Position numbers and translations under genes: made by a program
Shown: one piece after another, positions 37,194 through 45,742 of the stretch
Layout of the letters: the number at the start of each line of letters is the position of its first letter
Position numbering within the stretch: position 1 is the stretch's first letter
Assembly: GCA_039801225.1 (NCBI GenBank)
Contig: JBDRUH010000010.1
Span: forward strand, 1-45,742
Source: a candidate division WOR-3 bacterium
GTDB lineage: Bacteria > Hydrothermota > Tepidihabitantia > Tepidihabitantales > Tepidihabitantaceae
Direction: 5' to 3'
DNA length: 45,742 nucleotides
Notes under the pieces: generated by a model
Told to the model about the DNA's origin: nothing
Database searches by the model: none
The model's input: the letters and a program-made list of their open reading frames with translations, nothing else

Positions 37194-37221
37194 CCGAATT
37201 CTGCCTAATCTTAAAATAATT

Positions 37222-37246
37222 GCAAACCTGAAAGGTTTGCCCTACA
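37222..37246 (-). repeat. GTAG-type REP-like palindrome overlapping the SBP stop codon
   Basis: gcaaacctgaaaggtttgccctaca. Confidence 0.8.
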
Positions 37247-38531
37247 ACGCAGAACGGGAGGCGGAAGACGGAGGAGGATGGATTTCCCCTTGACGCATAT
37301 ACCTCTTCGCCGCATCGTCCAGCGCCTGTTTTGGACTCTTAGCACCCAGGGTTGCCGCCTCCAGTTCCTCAACCAGCGCCTTTCTTCCTGCCAGCCATTT
37401 GAGACCGCGCGGCTCAAATACCCCATACTCCATCTGCTCATAAGCCGCTTTTAACCCCGGGGTTTTTGTTAGCCGCTCCTTCATCTTCGGATGCTCCAAA
37501 CATTCCCGGTGGATCGGCACATACCAGGTCCCCAGTGACCACTCAACCTGCTGCTCCGGCGCGATGAACCATTTGATAAATCGCCATGCCGCCTCCTTTT
37601 CTTCCCGAGTTGCCCTTTTGAACATCCCGATGTTGGTGCCGTAAATTATCGCTGCCGGCTTCTCCCATATCGGGATGGGCGCCATCCCTACTAAAAAAGT
37701 TTCCTTGTCTACTATTGGTGCCCGCCAGGTGGAACTGCCAGTCAAAGTGGCAATCTTACCCATCAAAAAATCGTCCATTGGGTTTCTCCCGGTTACAGGA
37801 GCCTGGACACTGTCCTTAAGCACCAGGTCCACCTGAAATTGCAATACCTCAACTCCAACATCGCTGTTGAACTCCGGCGTGCCGTCCTCCTTATCCAAAA
37901 ACCTGCCACCATTTTGGAAGAGCATTGAACCGAATATCCAGATGTCGGTGCCATTGGCGCTCCCGTATACTTTCACCTCACCCCGCGCATCTCTTTTTAC
38001 CACCCGGCCGCACATCTTTTTAAACTCTGACCAGGTCCTCGGAAACGAATCATAGCCCACCGCCTTTAACAGTTCCACATTATAGTAGTAAACCGGCACG
38101 CTCTTATTAAAAGGAAGGGTTAAAAGCCTTCCTTCCCAGCGGTTGTTTTCCAAAAGTCCGGGATAAATATCTTTAAGTTCCTCCTCTTTTAGCCCATTCG
38201 GACCTTTGATGAAATCCTCCAGAAATTCCAGTTCTCCTGCCGCATACAACTGGGTTGTCCAGTTCTCATACATCTGGGCAATTGTCGGCGGATTCTGCAC
38301 CGCAACCGCTCCTAACAATTTCTGCGCCAGGGCATCGTAGTTACCCATTCCCACCAGTTCAATATGGATATCCGGATTCTCCTTTTCAAACTTCGCCACC
38401 ATCTCCTTTAAGGTCTTCTGCGACTCACCACCCATCGCATGCCAGAACTTCACCTTTACCTTTTTCCCTGCCGGACGGCAGCCAACCGTAAAAACAAAGA
38501 TAATTAATATTAGGAATAAAATGCGCCTCAT
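37242..38531 (-). CDS. ABC transporter solute-binding lipoprotein (sugar/glycerol-3-phosphate, UgpB-like)
   Basis: FTVGC lipobox; FWHAMGG; LPFNKSVPVYYYN; AAWRFIKWF. Confidence 0.88.
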   Translation of the reverse strand: MRRILFLILIIFVFTVGCRPAGKKVKVKFWHAMGGESQKTLKEMVAKFEKENPDIHIELVGMGNYDALAQKLLGAVAVQNPPTIAQMYENWTTQLYAAGELEFLEDFIKGPNGLKEEELKDIYPGLLENNRWEGRLLTLPFNKSVPVYYYNVELLKAVGYDSFPRTWSEFKKMCGRVVKRDARGEVKVYGSANGTDIWIFGSMLFQNGGRFLDKEDGTPEFNSDVGVEVLQFQVDLVLKDSVQAPVTGRNPMDDFLMGKIATLTGSSTWRAPIVDKETFLVGMAPIPIWEKPAAIIYGTNIGMFKRATREEKEAAWRFIKWFIAPEQQVEWSLGTWYVPIHRECLEHPKMKERLTKTPGLKAAYEQMEYGVFEPRGLKWLAGRKALVEELEAATLGAKSPKQALDDAAKRYMRQGEIHPPPSSASRSAL

Positions 38532-38697
38532 TGCCTCATTTTACCCTGTTGCCCTTCGGAGTCAACGCTACGGGATAAGACCCCGTAGTCCGTAACCGTT
38601 ACGGACGACCACCGTCCTCTGCCTATAATTGACAGTAGTTAATAAAGCCCCTATCCTCAATATATTGAAAGAAACCGAAAGACAATTCCCGAGCGGA

Positions 38698-39492
38698 ATG
38701 AGTCGCGCCGATTGGGCAGATAGTTTGATATTTTTAGGCTCTGGTGGGGCAAGGATAGTCATTGCCAAACAGGTGCGGGCTTCAGGCGGCATCTGGTTTA
38801 CTCTCAGTAACACCCAGTTCCTTGTTGACCCTGGTCCAGGTGCCTTGGTTCGAGCTACTGGGAGTCGGCACCGGCTCGACCCCACCCACCTCTCCGGAAT
38901 AATTCTCTCCCATCGGCACCTTGACCACTCGGCAGATGTAAATGTTATGATTGAGGCGATGACGATGGGTGGCACCGAACCCAGGGGAAAACTCTTTGCT
39001 CCCGGTGATGCGCTGGAAGGGGAAGACCCGGTAGTATTTCGTTACCTGCGTAAATTTCTTGAAGAGGTGGTGGTGCTGAAAGAGGGCGGGCAATATGATC
39101 TGGGACCGGTGCTCTTTACCTGCCCAGTCCGGCACCAGCACCGGGGCGAGGTATACGGATTCCGGTTCACCTGGGACAAATATACCCTCTCTTATATCGC
39201 TGATACCGCCTATTTCCCCGAACTTGCCCGCCACTACCAGGCCGATGTGGTGATATATAATGTCGTGCGGTATAAACCCTCAAACCTTGACCACCTTCAT
39301 CTCCCGGAAGTTGAGGAGTTAATAAAGGTGATGAAACCGAGGCTGGCGATTATGACCCATTTTGGAATGACAATGATTCGCTCAAAACCTTGGAAGTTGG
39401 CACAGGAGGTGAGCGAACGAACCGGTTGCGAAGTGATTGCAGCAAGCGACGGGATGAAGTTAGAACTGAGCCGTTATCTCCGTGACCGTTGA
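38698..39492 (+). CDS. MBL-fold metallo-hydrolase (start 38665 or 38698)
   Basis: FLGSGG; DPGPG; SHRHLDH; ADT; THFG. Confidence 0.88.
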   Translation: MSRADWADSLIFLGSGGARIVIAKQVRASGGIWFTLSNTQFLVDPGPGALVRATGSRHRLDPTHLSGIILSHRHLDHSADVNVMIEAMTMGGTEPRGKLFAPGDALEGEDPVVFRYLRKFLEEVVVLKEGGQYDLGPVLFTCPVRHQHRGEVYGFRFTWDKYTLSYIADTAYFPELARHYQADVVIYNVVRYKPSNLDHLHLPEVEELIKVMKPRLAIMTHFGMTMIRSKPWKLAQEVSERTGCEVIAASDGMKLELSRYLRDR

Positions 39493-39546
39493 CTATGAGA
39501 TGGAAACGAATGACTAAGGCAGAAAGGTTCTCGGTTATCAATTAAT

Positions 39547-41145
39547 ATGGGAATGGTAAAACTCTTACCCGAGGAGGTGGTGCGGCGAATTGCCGCGGGC
39601 GAGGTGATCCTGCGTCCCGCCTCGGTGGTGAAGGAACTGATAGAGAACTCGCTTGATGCCGGCGCGAAAAGGATAAAAGTGGAGGTGAAGTCCGGCGGCA
39701 AAAATCTTATCCGGGTGACGGATGACGGCTGTGGTATGGACCGGGATGATGTCCTGTTGGCGGTTTCCCGTTATGCCACGAGCAAACTGACCTCAGTGGA
39801 GGACCTGTCAAAAATCCAAACCTATGGTTTTCGGGGCGAGGCGCTGGCAGCAATCGCCGCCGTGAGCCGGATGAGTATTGAGACCAACACCGATGAGGGG
39901 TTGCCGGGCATTCGCTTGGAGGTGGAGGGCGGCGAAATTAAAGAGATTGCCGAGACCGCCCGGGCAAAAGGGACAACGGTAACCGTGCGCATGCTTTTCT
40001 TTAATCTGCCCGTGCGCAGAGGTTTTTTGAAGTCCGAAGGCTATGAGTTACGGCTGGCGCTGGAGGTTTTCAGAAACTATTGCATCGCATTTCCCGGCGT
40101 GGGGTTTGAGTTTATCAGCAACGAACGCTCGCTGGTTAAACTCTACCCGGTGGAAAAGGTGCGTGACCGGTTATATGCTTTGTTTGAGAAAAAAATGGTG
40201 GAAGGAATGGTGGAGGTTAAGATTGACAACCCCCTCATCGGGCTTTATGGCTTCTTTACCGCGCCCAGTCAGGTGAAGGGGGTTGCTGAGGTGCAGGCAA
40301 TATTTTTCAATCAAAGACCGGTCCGCAGCCAGGTGGTCAACCGGGCGGTTTATGACGGCTACGGTCCAATGCCCACCGGTAGCCAGCCAAACTTTATCCT
40401 ATTTCTCCAGACCGACCCCTCCCGGCTTGATGTCAATGTCCATCCCACAAAACAGGAGGTGAGGTTCGCTGATGAGCGGTTTCTATTTGACTTCGTTGCC
40501 GAGGCGGTGCGCAAGGGTTTGGGGATTGAAAAACGCTCGGAATGGAGTGAGACCGGACTTCTCCAGTCAGGGATGATAATTGAAGAGGAGAGCGGTCCAA
40601 GCGACTTCTGGCAGTTGCACAACAGTTATATCTTTGCTGAAGTGGCGTCAGGTTATGTTATTGTTGACCAGCACGCCGCTCACGAACGGATTCTTTTTGA
40701 AGAACTGCTCTCATCAGAAAAAATCAAGCCTCAAGGGCTTCTTTTCCCCTTCACCTTAGAATTAAAGGCTGATGAGTTTGAGGCTTACGAACGAATTTCG
40801 GAAAAACTGCAAAGAATGGGGCTGGAGACGAAACTGTTCAGTGGCAATACCGTGGTGGTGGAAACAATCCCCAGTGGTGCCTTTTTGGGCAAAGATGAAC
40901 TCCGGGAGTTTTTTGCCGAATTGCCCAAGATCAGTTCGGCACAGGTTCAGCTATTTGAGGAACTGGCGAAACTCATTGCCTGCAAGGGTGCGGTGAAGGC
41001 TGGGCAGCGGTTAAGCCGGGAGGAGATGGCATCCCTCATCAACCGGCTTTTTGCCTGCCGGGAGCCCTATTTCTGCCCGCACGGCCGACCGGTGATAATA
41101 AAAATTACCTTTGAAGATTTAGCGCGGAGGTTCGGCAGGATTTGA
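39547..41145 (+). CDS. mutL: DNA mismatch repair endonuclease MutL
   Basis: IAAGEVI; KELIENSLDA; GFRGEAL; DQHAAHERI; ACK; CPHGRP. Confidence 0.97.
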   Translation: MGMVKLLPEEVVRRIAAGEVILRPASVVKELIENSLDAGAKRIKVEVKSGGKNLIRVTDDGCGMDRDDVLLAVSRYATSKLTSVEDLSKIQTYGFRGEALAAIAAVSRMSIETNTDEGLPGIRLEVEGGEIKEIAETARAKGTTVTVRMLFFNLPVRRGFLKSEGYELRLALEVFRNYCIAFPGVGFEFISNERSLVKLYPVEKVRDRLYALFEKKMVEGMVEVKIDNPLIGLYGFFTAPSQVKGVAEVQAIFFNQRPVRSQVVNRAVYDGYGPMPTGSQPNFILFLQTDPSRLDVNVHPTKQEVRFADERFLFDFVAEAVRKGLGIEKRSEWSETGLLQSGMIIEEESGPSDFWQLHNSYIFAEVASGYVIVDQHAAHERILFEELLSSEKIKPQGLLFPFTLELKADEFEAYERISEKLQRMGLETKLFSGNTVVVETIPSGAFLGKDELREFFAELPKISSAQVQLFEELAKLIACKGAVKAGQRLSREEMASLINRLFACREPYFCPHGRPVIIKITFEDLARRFGRI

Positions 41146-42056
41146 AGGTATTCGTCCTTACCGGTCCCACCGGTGTAGGAAAGAGTGAGGTGGCGGCAAC
41201 CCTGGCCCAGAAATTTGACCTGGACATCATTTCCGCCGATTCCCGGGCAATCTATCACCACCTTGACATCGGCACCGCCAAACCCTCCCAACAGTTGCGA
41301 AATAAGGTGCGGTTTCACCTGATTGATTTTGTTGAACCGGACCGGTTATATTCAGCAGCCGATTTTGCCCGTGATGCGATAAAGGTGATGCACGAGTTAA
41401 GAAAAGCCGGCCGGCGGTTTATCATTGTCGGTGGTGCCAACTTTTATCTTCGGGCGCTTTTTTTACCCCTGTTTGATGCGCCACCCGTCAATTTAACGCT
41501 GAGGAAAAACCTGCAGGCCGAGCCCACCGAGACACTCTATCAGGAACTTTACTCCCTTGACCCGGAAAGGGCACGCCAGCTCCATCATCACGACCGGCAA
41601 AGGATAATCCGGGCGCTGGAGGTCTATCATTTGACCGGCAAGACCTTCTCCGAACTGACACAAGAGCAGAAGAAAGCCTCCCGGTTCATTCCAGTATATG
41701 CGATATTGACAATGGAACGCCAACGGCTCTATCGCCGGATTGAGGAACGGTTTGATGCCATGCTCGCCGCGGGGCTAATTGACGAAGTGCGCCGTTTGAA
41801 GGAGATGGGGTTTGGTCAAGAATCAATTGTCGGAAAGACCTATGGCTATGCCGAGGTTCTTCAATACCTTGAAGGAAAGATTTCATTTGAGGCGATGGTG
41901 CAGTTGGCAAAGAAAAGGACTAAGGATTATGCCCGGCGGCAACTGACCTGGTTAAGGAGCCTAAAGGAGGCGCACTGGTTTGAATTTACCACCTTAAAGG
42001 ATGTGGTCTTGAAGATTGAGCCGCTTTTACTTGACGCCTTACCGGATATTCCTTAG
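41142..42056 (+). CDS. miaA: tRNA dimethylallyltransferase
   Basis: [37 protein letters not shown]; conserved mutL-miaA order. Confidence 0.96.
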   Translation: MKVFVLTGPTGVGKSEVAATLAQKFDLDIISADSRAIYHHLDIGTAKPSQQLRNKVRFHLIDFVEPDRLYSAADFARDAIKVMHELRKAGRRFIIVGGANFYLRALFLPLFDAPPVNLTLRKNLQAEPTETLYQELYSLDPERARQLHHHDRQRIIRALEVYHLTGKTFSELTQEQKKASRFIPVYAILTMERQRLYRRIEERFDAMLAAGLIDEVRRLKEMGFGQESIVGKTYGYAEVLQYLEGKISFEAMVQLAKKRTKDYARRQLTWLRSLKEAHWFEFTTLKDVVLKIEPLLLDALPDIP

Positions 42057-42078
42057 CCTTAAGAGAAAGGAGATATTT

Positions 42079-43272
42079 GTGAAAAGAACAAGATGGACCT
42101 CGGAGTCGGTAACCGAAGGACATCCGGACAAAATCTGTGACCGAATTTCCGACGCGGTTTTAGATGAAGTCTTACGCCAGGACCCGAATGGTCGGGTTGC
42201 CTGCGAGACATTTGTTACTGTCGGGATGGTTTTGGTGGGTGGAGAAATCACCACCACCGCCTGGGTTGACCTGGAAAGACTGGTGCGGGAGGTGCTCCGC
42301 GATATCGGCTATCTCAGCACCGAAACCGGTCTGAGTGCCGAAAGTTGCGCAATTTTAAATGTGATTGGACGGCAGTCGCCCGACATCGCCCAGGGTGTGG
42401 ATAAGGGAGGCGCCGGTGACCAGGGGATGATGATTGGCTACGCCTGCCGCGAAACCGAGGAACTTATGCCCCTGCCCATTGTCCTTGCCCATCGGCTGAC
42501 CGCCCGCCTCGCTGAGGTGAGAAAAAGGGGGATTTTACCCTATCTCAGACCGGATGGTAAATCTCAGGTAACGGTGGAGTATGAAGACGGCAAGCCCATC
42601 CGGATAGATAGCGTAGTGATTGCCGCTCAGCATGATGAAAGTATCTTAGACCGAACCGGACGCCGGATTACCAGGCGGGCTAAGGAGGAGATAATTGAGG
42701 TGGTAGCCAGACCGGTCCTGCCGAAAGAATACTTAGACCGCTCAACAAAGTTTTATGTGAATGAAACCGGCAAGTTTGTCATCGGTGGACCTCAGTCGGA
42801 CACCGGTATGACCGGTAGAAAGATTATCGTTGACACTTATGGCGGCTGGGTCGGGCATGGCGGTGGCGCATTTTCTGGTAAAGACCCGACCAAAGTTGAC
42901 CGTTCGGCCAGTTATATGGCACGCTACATCGCCAAGAATTTGGTTGCTGCCGGAGTATGTGATGAGGTGGAGGTGCGACTGGCTTATGTGATCGGTCGCG
43001 CCGAACCATTGGATGTAACCATTGAGACCTTCGGCACCGCAAAGGTTGATGAAAAACGGCTGGCAGCCAGGGTTCGCGAACTTTTTCCCCTTACCCCGCT
43101 CGGGATGATTGAGTACCTCAGACTCCGCCAGCCGATATATCAGCCGACCGCGGCATATGGTCATTTCGGTCGCACCCCTTATCTGCAGAAGGACCCGGTA
43201 TCGGGAAAAACCCTAAACTTCTTCACCTGGGAGAGGACCGACCGGGTAAAGGAACTGAAACGCACCCTTTAG
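42079..43272 (+). CDS. metK: S-adenosylmethionine synthase
   Basis: [40 protein letters not shown] start after SD AAAGGAG; candidate promoter TTGACG-N17-TAGCCT in the miaA 3' end. Confidence 0.97.
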   Translation: MKRTRWTSESVTEGHPDKICDRISDAVLDEVLRQDPNGRVACETFVTVGMVLVGGEITTTAWVDLERLVREVLRDIGYLSTETGLSAESCAILNVIGRQSPDIAQGVDKGGAGDQGMMIGYACRETEELMPLPIVLAHRLTARLAEVRKRGILPYLRPDGKSQVTVEYEDGKPIRIDSVVIAAQHDESILDRTGRRITRRAKEEIIEVVARPVLPKEYLDRSTKFYVNETGKFVIGGPQSDTGMTGRKIIVDTYGGWVGHGGGAFSGKDPTKVDRSASYMARYIAKNLVAAGVCDEVEVRLAYVIGRAEPLDVTIETFGTAKVDEKRLAARVRELFPLTPLGMIEYLRLRQPIYQPTAAYGHFGRTPYLQKDPVSGKTLNFFTWERTDRVKELKRTL

Positions 43273-43293
43273 TGCTTCAAGAAAGGAGAGAAT

Positions 43294-44559
43294 TTGACCA
43301 TCAACCAGTTTGATGTCCGTGATTTAAAATTAGCCCGCGCCGGTTTAAAGCGAATTGAATGGGCAAAAAAGTTTATGCCGGTATTGAGCCGGATTGGTGC
43401 GCGATTTGAAAAAGAAAAACCGCTAAAAGGGGTACGGGTCAGTTGCTGCCTCCATGTTACCACCGAGACCGCCAACCTGATGATTGTCTTAAAAAAGGGT
43501 GGTGCCGATGTCCGGCTCTGCGCCTCCAACCCGCTCTCCACCCAGGACGATGTTGCCGCGGCACTGGTCAAGTTCTATCGCCTGCCGGTATTTGCCATTA
43601 AGGGCGAAAGCCGCTCAGTTTACTACCGCCACATTCGCCAGGCACTCGCCCATCACCCTCAGATTACTATGGACGATGGCGCCGATTTGGTCTCAACCTT
43701 ACACGAAAGAAAAGGACCGGCTCTTGCCGGCGTGTTCGGTGGCACAGAAGAGACCACCACCGGTGTTATCCGGCTAAAAAGTATGGCCAGGGAAAAGGTT
43801 TTAGCCTATCCGATTATTGCGGTAAACGACTCCTTGACCAAGTTTATGTTTGACAACCGTTATGGCACCGGTCAGTCAACAATAGATGGCATTCTTCGGG
43901 CGACAAATCTCCTTCTTGCCGGTAGCACCGTGGTCGTCTGCGGTTATGGCTGGTGCGGTCGGGGTCTGGCGACCCGCGCCCGGGGAATGGGTGCTGAGGT
44001 GATAGTTACTGAGGTTGACCCGATTCGGGCGCTTGAGGCGCGGATGGATGGTCATCGGGTGATGCGTTTAATTGACGCCGCGCCCTTGGGCGACCTCTTC
44101 ATCACCACCACCGGTGACATCAATGTCATTGACAAAAAACACCTGTTGGCGATGAAGGATGGGGCGATAATCTCCAATGCCGGTCATTTTGATGTGGAAA
44201 TCAACCGCCGGGCGCTTGAGGAACTCGCCCAACAAAAGAGCGAACTCCGCCCCTACTGTGTGGAGTATTACCTAAAAAATGGTCGCCGGGTGATTCTCCT
44301 TGCCGAAGGCAGATTGGTCAATTTAGCCGCCGCTGAGGGGCATCCGGCGCTGGTGATGGATTTATCATTTGCCAACCAGGCGCTGGCCGTGGAATACATT
44401 CTCCGCAACCGGGGAAAACTCCAGCCGCAGGTTTACAAACTCCCCGACGCTATTGACCGCGCGATTGCCGAACTGAAACTAAAGACGCTGGGCATCAAGA
44501 TTGACCGCCTTACCTTAGAGCAAAAACGCTACATCGCCTCCTGGCAACACGGCACATAA
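43294..44559 (+). CDS. ahcY: Adenosylhomocysteinase
   Basis: CLHVT; SNPLSTQD; EETTTGV; KFMFDNRYGTGQS; GRLVNL..AEGHP. Confidence 0.97.
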   Translation: MTINQFDVRDLKLARAGLKRIEWAKKFMPVLSRIGARFEKEKPLKGVRVSCCLHVTTETANLMIVLKKGGADVRLCASNPLSTQDDVAAALVKFYRLPVFAIKGESRSVYYRHIRQALAHHPQITMDDGADLVSTLHERKGPALAGVFGGTEETTTGVIRLKSMAREKVLAYPIIAVNDSLTKFMFDNRYGTGQSTIDGILRATNLLLAGSTVVVCGYGWCGRGLATRARGMGAEVIVTEVDPIRALEARMDGHRVMRLIDAAPLGDLFITTTGDINVIDKKHLLAMKDGAIISNAGHFDVEINRRALEELAQQKSELRPYCVEYYLKNGRRVILLAEGRLVNLAAAEGHPALVMDLSFANQALAVEYILRNRGKLQPQVYKLPDAIDRAIAELKLKTLGIKIDRLTLEQKRYIASWQHGT

Positions 44560-44608
44560 CAGTTTTTAGTTCTTACTCCCCACCCCTTACCCTCCTCAAT
44601 CCGAAATA

Positions 44609-44631
44609 TGTCGGGCAAACCTTCAGGTTTG
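44609..44631 (+). repeat. Degenerate GTAG-type REP-like palindrome
   Basis: tgtcgggcaaaccttcaggtttg. Confidence 0.65.
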
Positions 44632-44797
44632 TCAGGCAAAATCTTCGCCGAGATATTACTGCTCACTAAAAACTTGCCTCAAAATTTATATCGGGTAAGA
44701 TAGCAATATAATGGTTTTTAGCCCTGGGTTTTTGGGTTAAGTTAAATTACAAACTTTAAACTAACCGGAAACTAAAAACTATAAACTAATAACTAAT

Positions 44798-45742
44798 ATG
44801 CCGCAGCGAAAAAGAATTAACATATTAAAACAACTCCTTGAACCGGAGATAATTGACACTATTAAGGAGAAGGACTGGCATACGCTCAAGGACCTTCTCG
44901 CCCAGTGGCCGGCACCGGACATTGCCGATTTACTCTCTACATTGAAAGACCCGGAGACGGTGATTGTCTTCCGGTTACTGCCTAAAGATTTACAGTCCGA
45001 GGTTTTTGCCGAGTTTGACCCGGACACCCAGTTAACCCTGATTAAAAACTTAACTGACGAACAGGTCAAATCATTGATTGCCGAACTGGCGCCGGACGAC
45101 CGCACCGAACTTTTTGAAGACCTGCCACCAGAACTGATTCAGCGGGCGCTCAACCTCCTTTCCCCTGAAGACCGCCGCGAAACACTTTTAGCCCTGGGCT
45201 TTCCGGAAAATAGCGTTGGTCGGTTGCTCACGCCCGATTATGTTACCGTCTCTCCCGATTGGACGGTGCGCCAGGCGCTGGAGCACATCCGCAAAAACGG
45301 CGTTGATGCCGAAACAATTAACACCATCTATGTGGTGGACGAAAAAAGAAGGCTACTGGACGACATCCCTTTAAGAAAACTGATTCTCGCCACAAGCGAG
45401 GAAAAGATTGCCCAGTTGATGGACAACCAGTTTGTCTCGGTTGAGGCGAACACCGACCAGGAGGAGGCGGCAAGGGTGATGCACCGCTACGACCTCCTCG
45501 CCCTGCCGGTTGTCAACTCGGAAGGTGTCATCTTGGGGATTGTAACCATTGACGACATTATGGATGTTTTGCGCGAAGAGCAGACCGAAGACATCACCAA
45601 GATTTCCGGTATTCATCCCGGTAAAATTGACCTGACCTTCATTACCAAACTCCGCGAGGTCCCGCTGCGACTTTTGTATCGCAGCCGGGTTGTCTGGCTT
45701 CTCGCCCTCATGATTATGGACCTCATCACCGGCGGTATAATT
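44798..45742 (+). CDS. mgtE: Magnesium transporter MgtE (3' end outside window)
   Basis: Own translation: WPAPDIADLL..LAPDDRTELFEDLP..FPENSVGRLLTPDYV..AETINTIYVVD..YDLLALPVV..GIVTIDDIMD..SRVVWL. Absent from the ORF track because there is no stop in the window. Confidence 0.93.
   Translation, partial: MPQRKRINILKQLLEPEIIDTIKEKDWHTLKDLLAQWPAPDIADLLSTLKDPETVIVFRLLPKDLQSEVFAEFDPDTQLTLIKNLTDEQVKSLIAELAPDDRTELFEDLPPELIQRALNLLSPEDRRETLLALGFPENSVGRLLTPDYVTVSPDWTVRQALEHIRKNGVDAETINTIYVVDEKRRLLDDIPLRKLILATSEEKIAQLMDNQFVSVEANTDQEEAARVMHRYDLLALPVVNSEGVILGIVTIDDIMDVLREEQTEDITKISGIHPGKIDLTFITKLREVPLRLLYRSRVVWLLALMIMDLITGGII

Noticed and set aside
42016..42078. SAM riboswitch upstream of metK
   Set aside because: Only about 22 nt separate miaA and metK, and no SAM-I/II core is visible.
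44560..44797. M-box (ykoK) riboswitch upstream of mgtE
   Set aside because: The region is explained by a REP copy, a candidate promoter and heptamer tracts; no recognisable M-box consensus.
2081..45616. Numerous 60-160 aa antisense or alternate-frame ORFs in the track
   Set aside because: They overlap well-supported genes and show no motifs; treated as shadow ORFs.

Overview
This is bacterial chromosomal DNA. The gene style (FlgD-Ig C-terminal domain, V-type ATPase, heptamer-rich intergenic DNA) suggests an FCB/WOR-3-like lineage; that is inference only. Left to right: the 3' end of an AAA+ ATPase; an AT-rich spacer with a 53-aa Cys-rich peptide gene missed by the ORF track, carrying a lasso/RRE-type leader; a secreted tandem-nitroreductase protein; a partial V/A-type ATPase operon (C,F,A,B); a SurA/PpiD-like chaperone; five tRNAs; transaldolase, transketolase and an aminotransferase; a ~14-kb minus-strand type IV pilus locus (pilD, pilT, pilQ, two PilP-like genes, pilO, fused pilMN, five prepilins, a PilGHI/Xap-like ABC module); a beta-propeller lipoprotein; ileS, a dksA-like gene, an ecfT-like gene and truA; a solute-binding lipoprotein; an MBL hydrolase; mutL, miaA, metK, ahcY; and a partial mgtE. 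The most unusual signal is non-coding and occurs twice in inverted orientation about 29 kb apart. It has an 18-bp perfect palindrome, an IHF-like site and a 21-bp box exactly 62 nt from the palindrome, followed by a strictly 12-bp-periodic RYNAY-N7 array (19 units in one copy, about 4 in the other). Other notable points are many apparently leaderless promoters, heptamer and REP repeats inside coding sequences, and aromatic-rich, acidic pilin paralogs ending in FVLHN. All calls come from reading the sequence; no searches were run.
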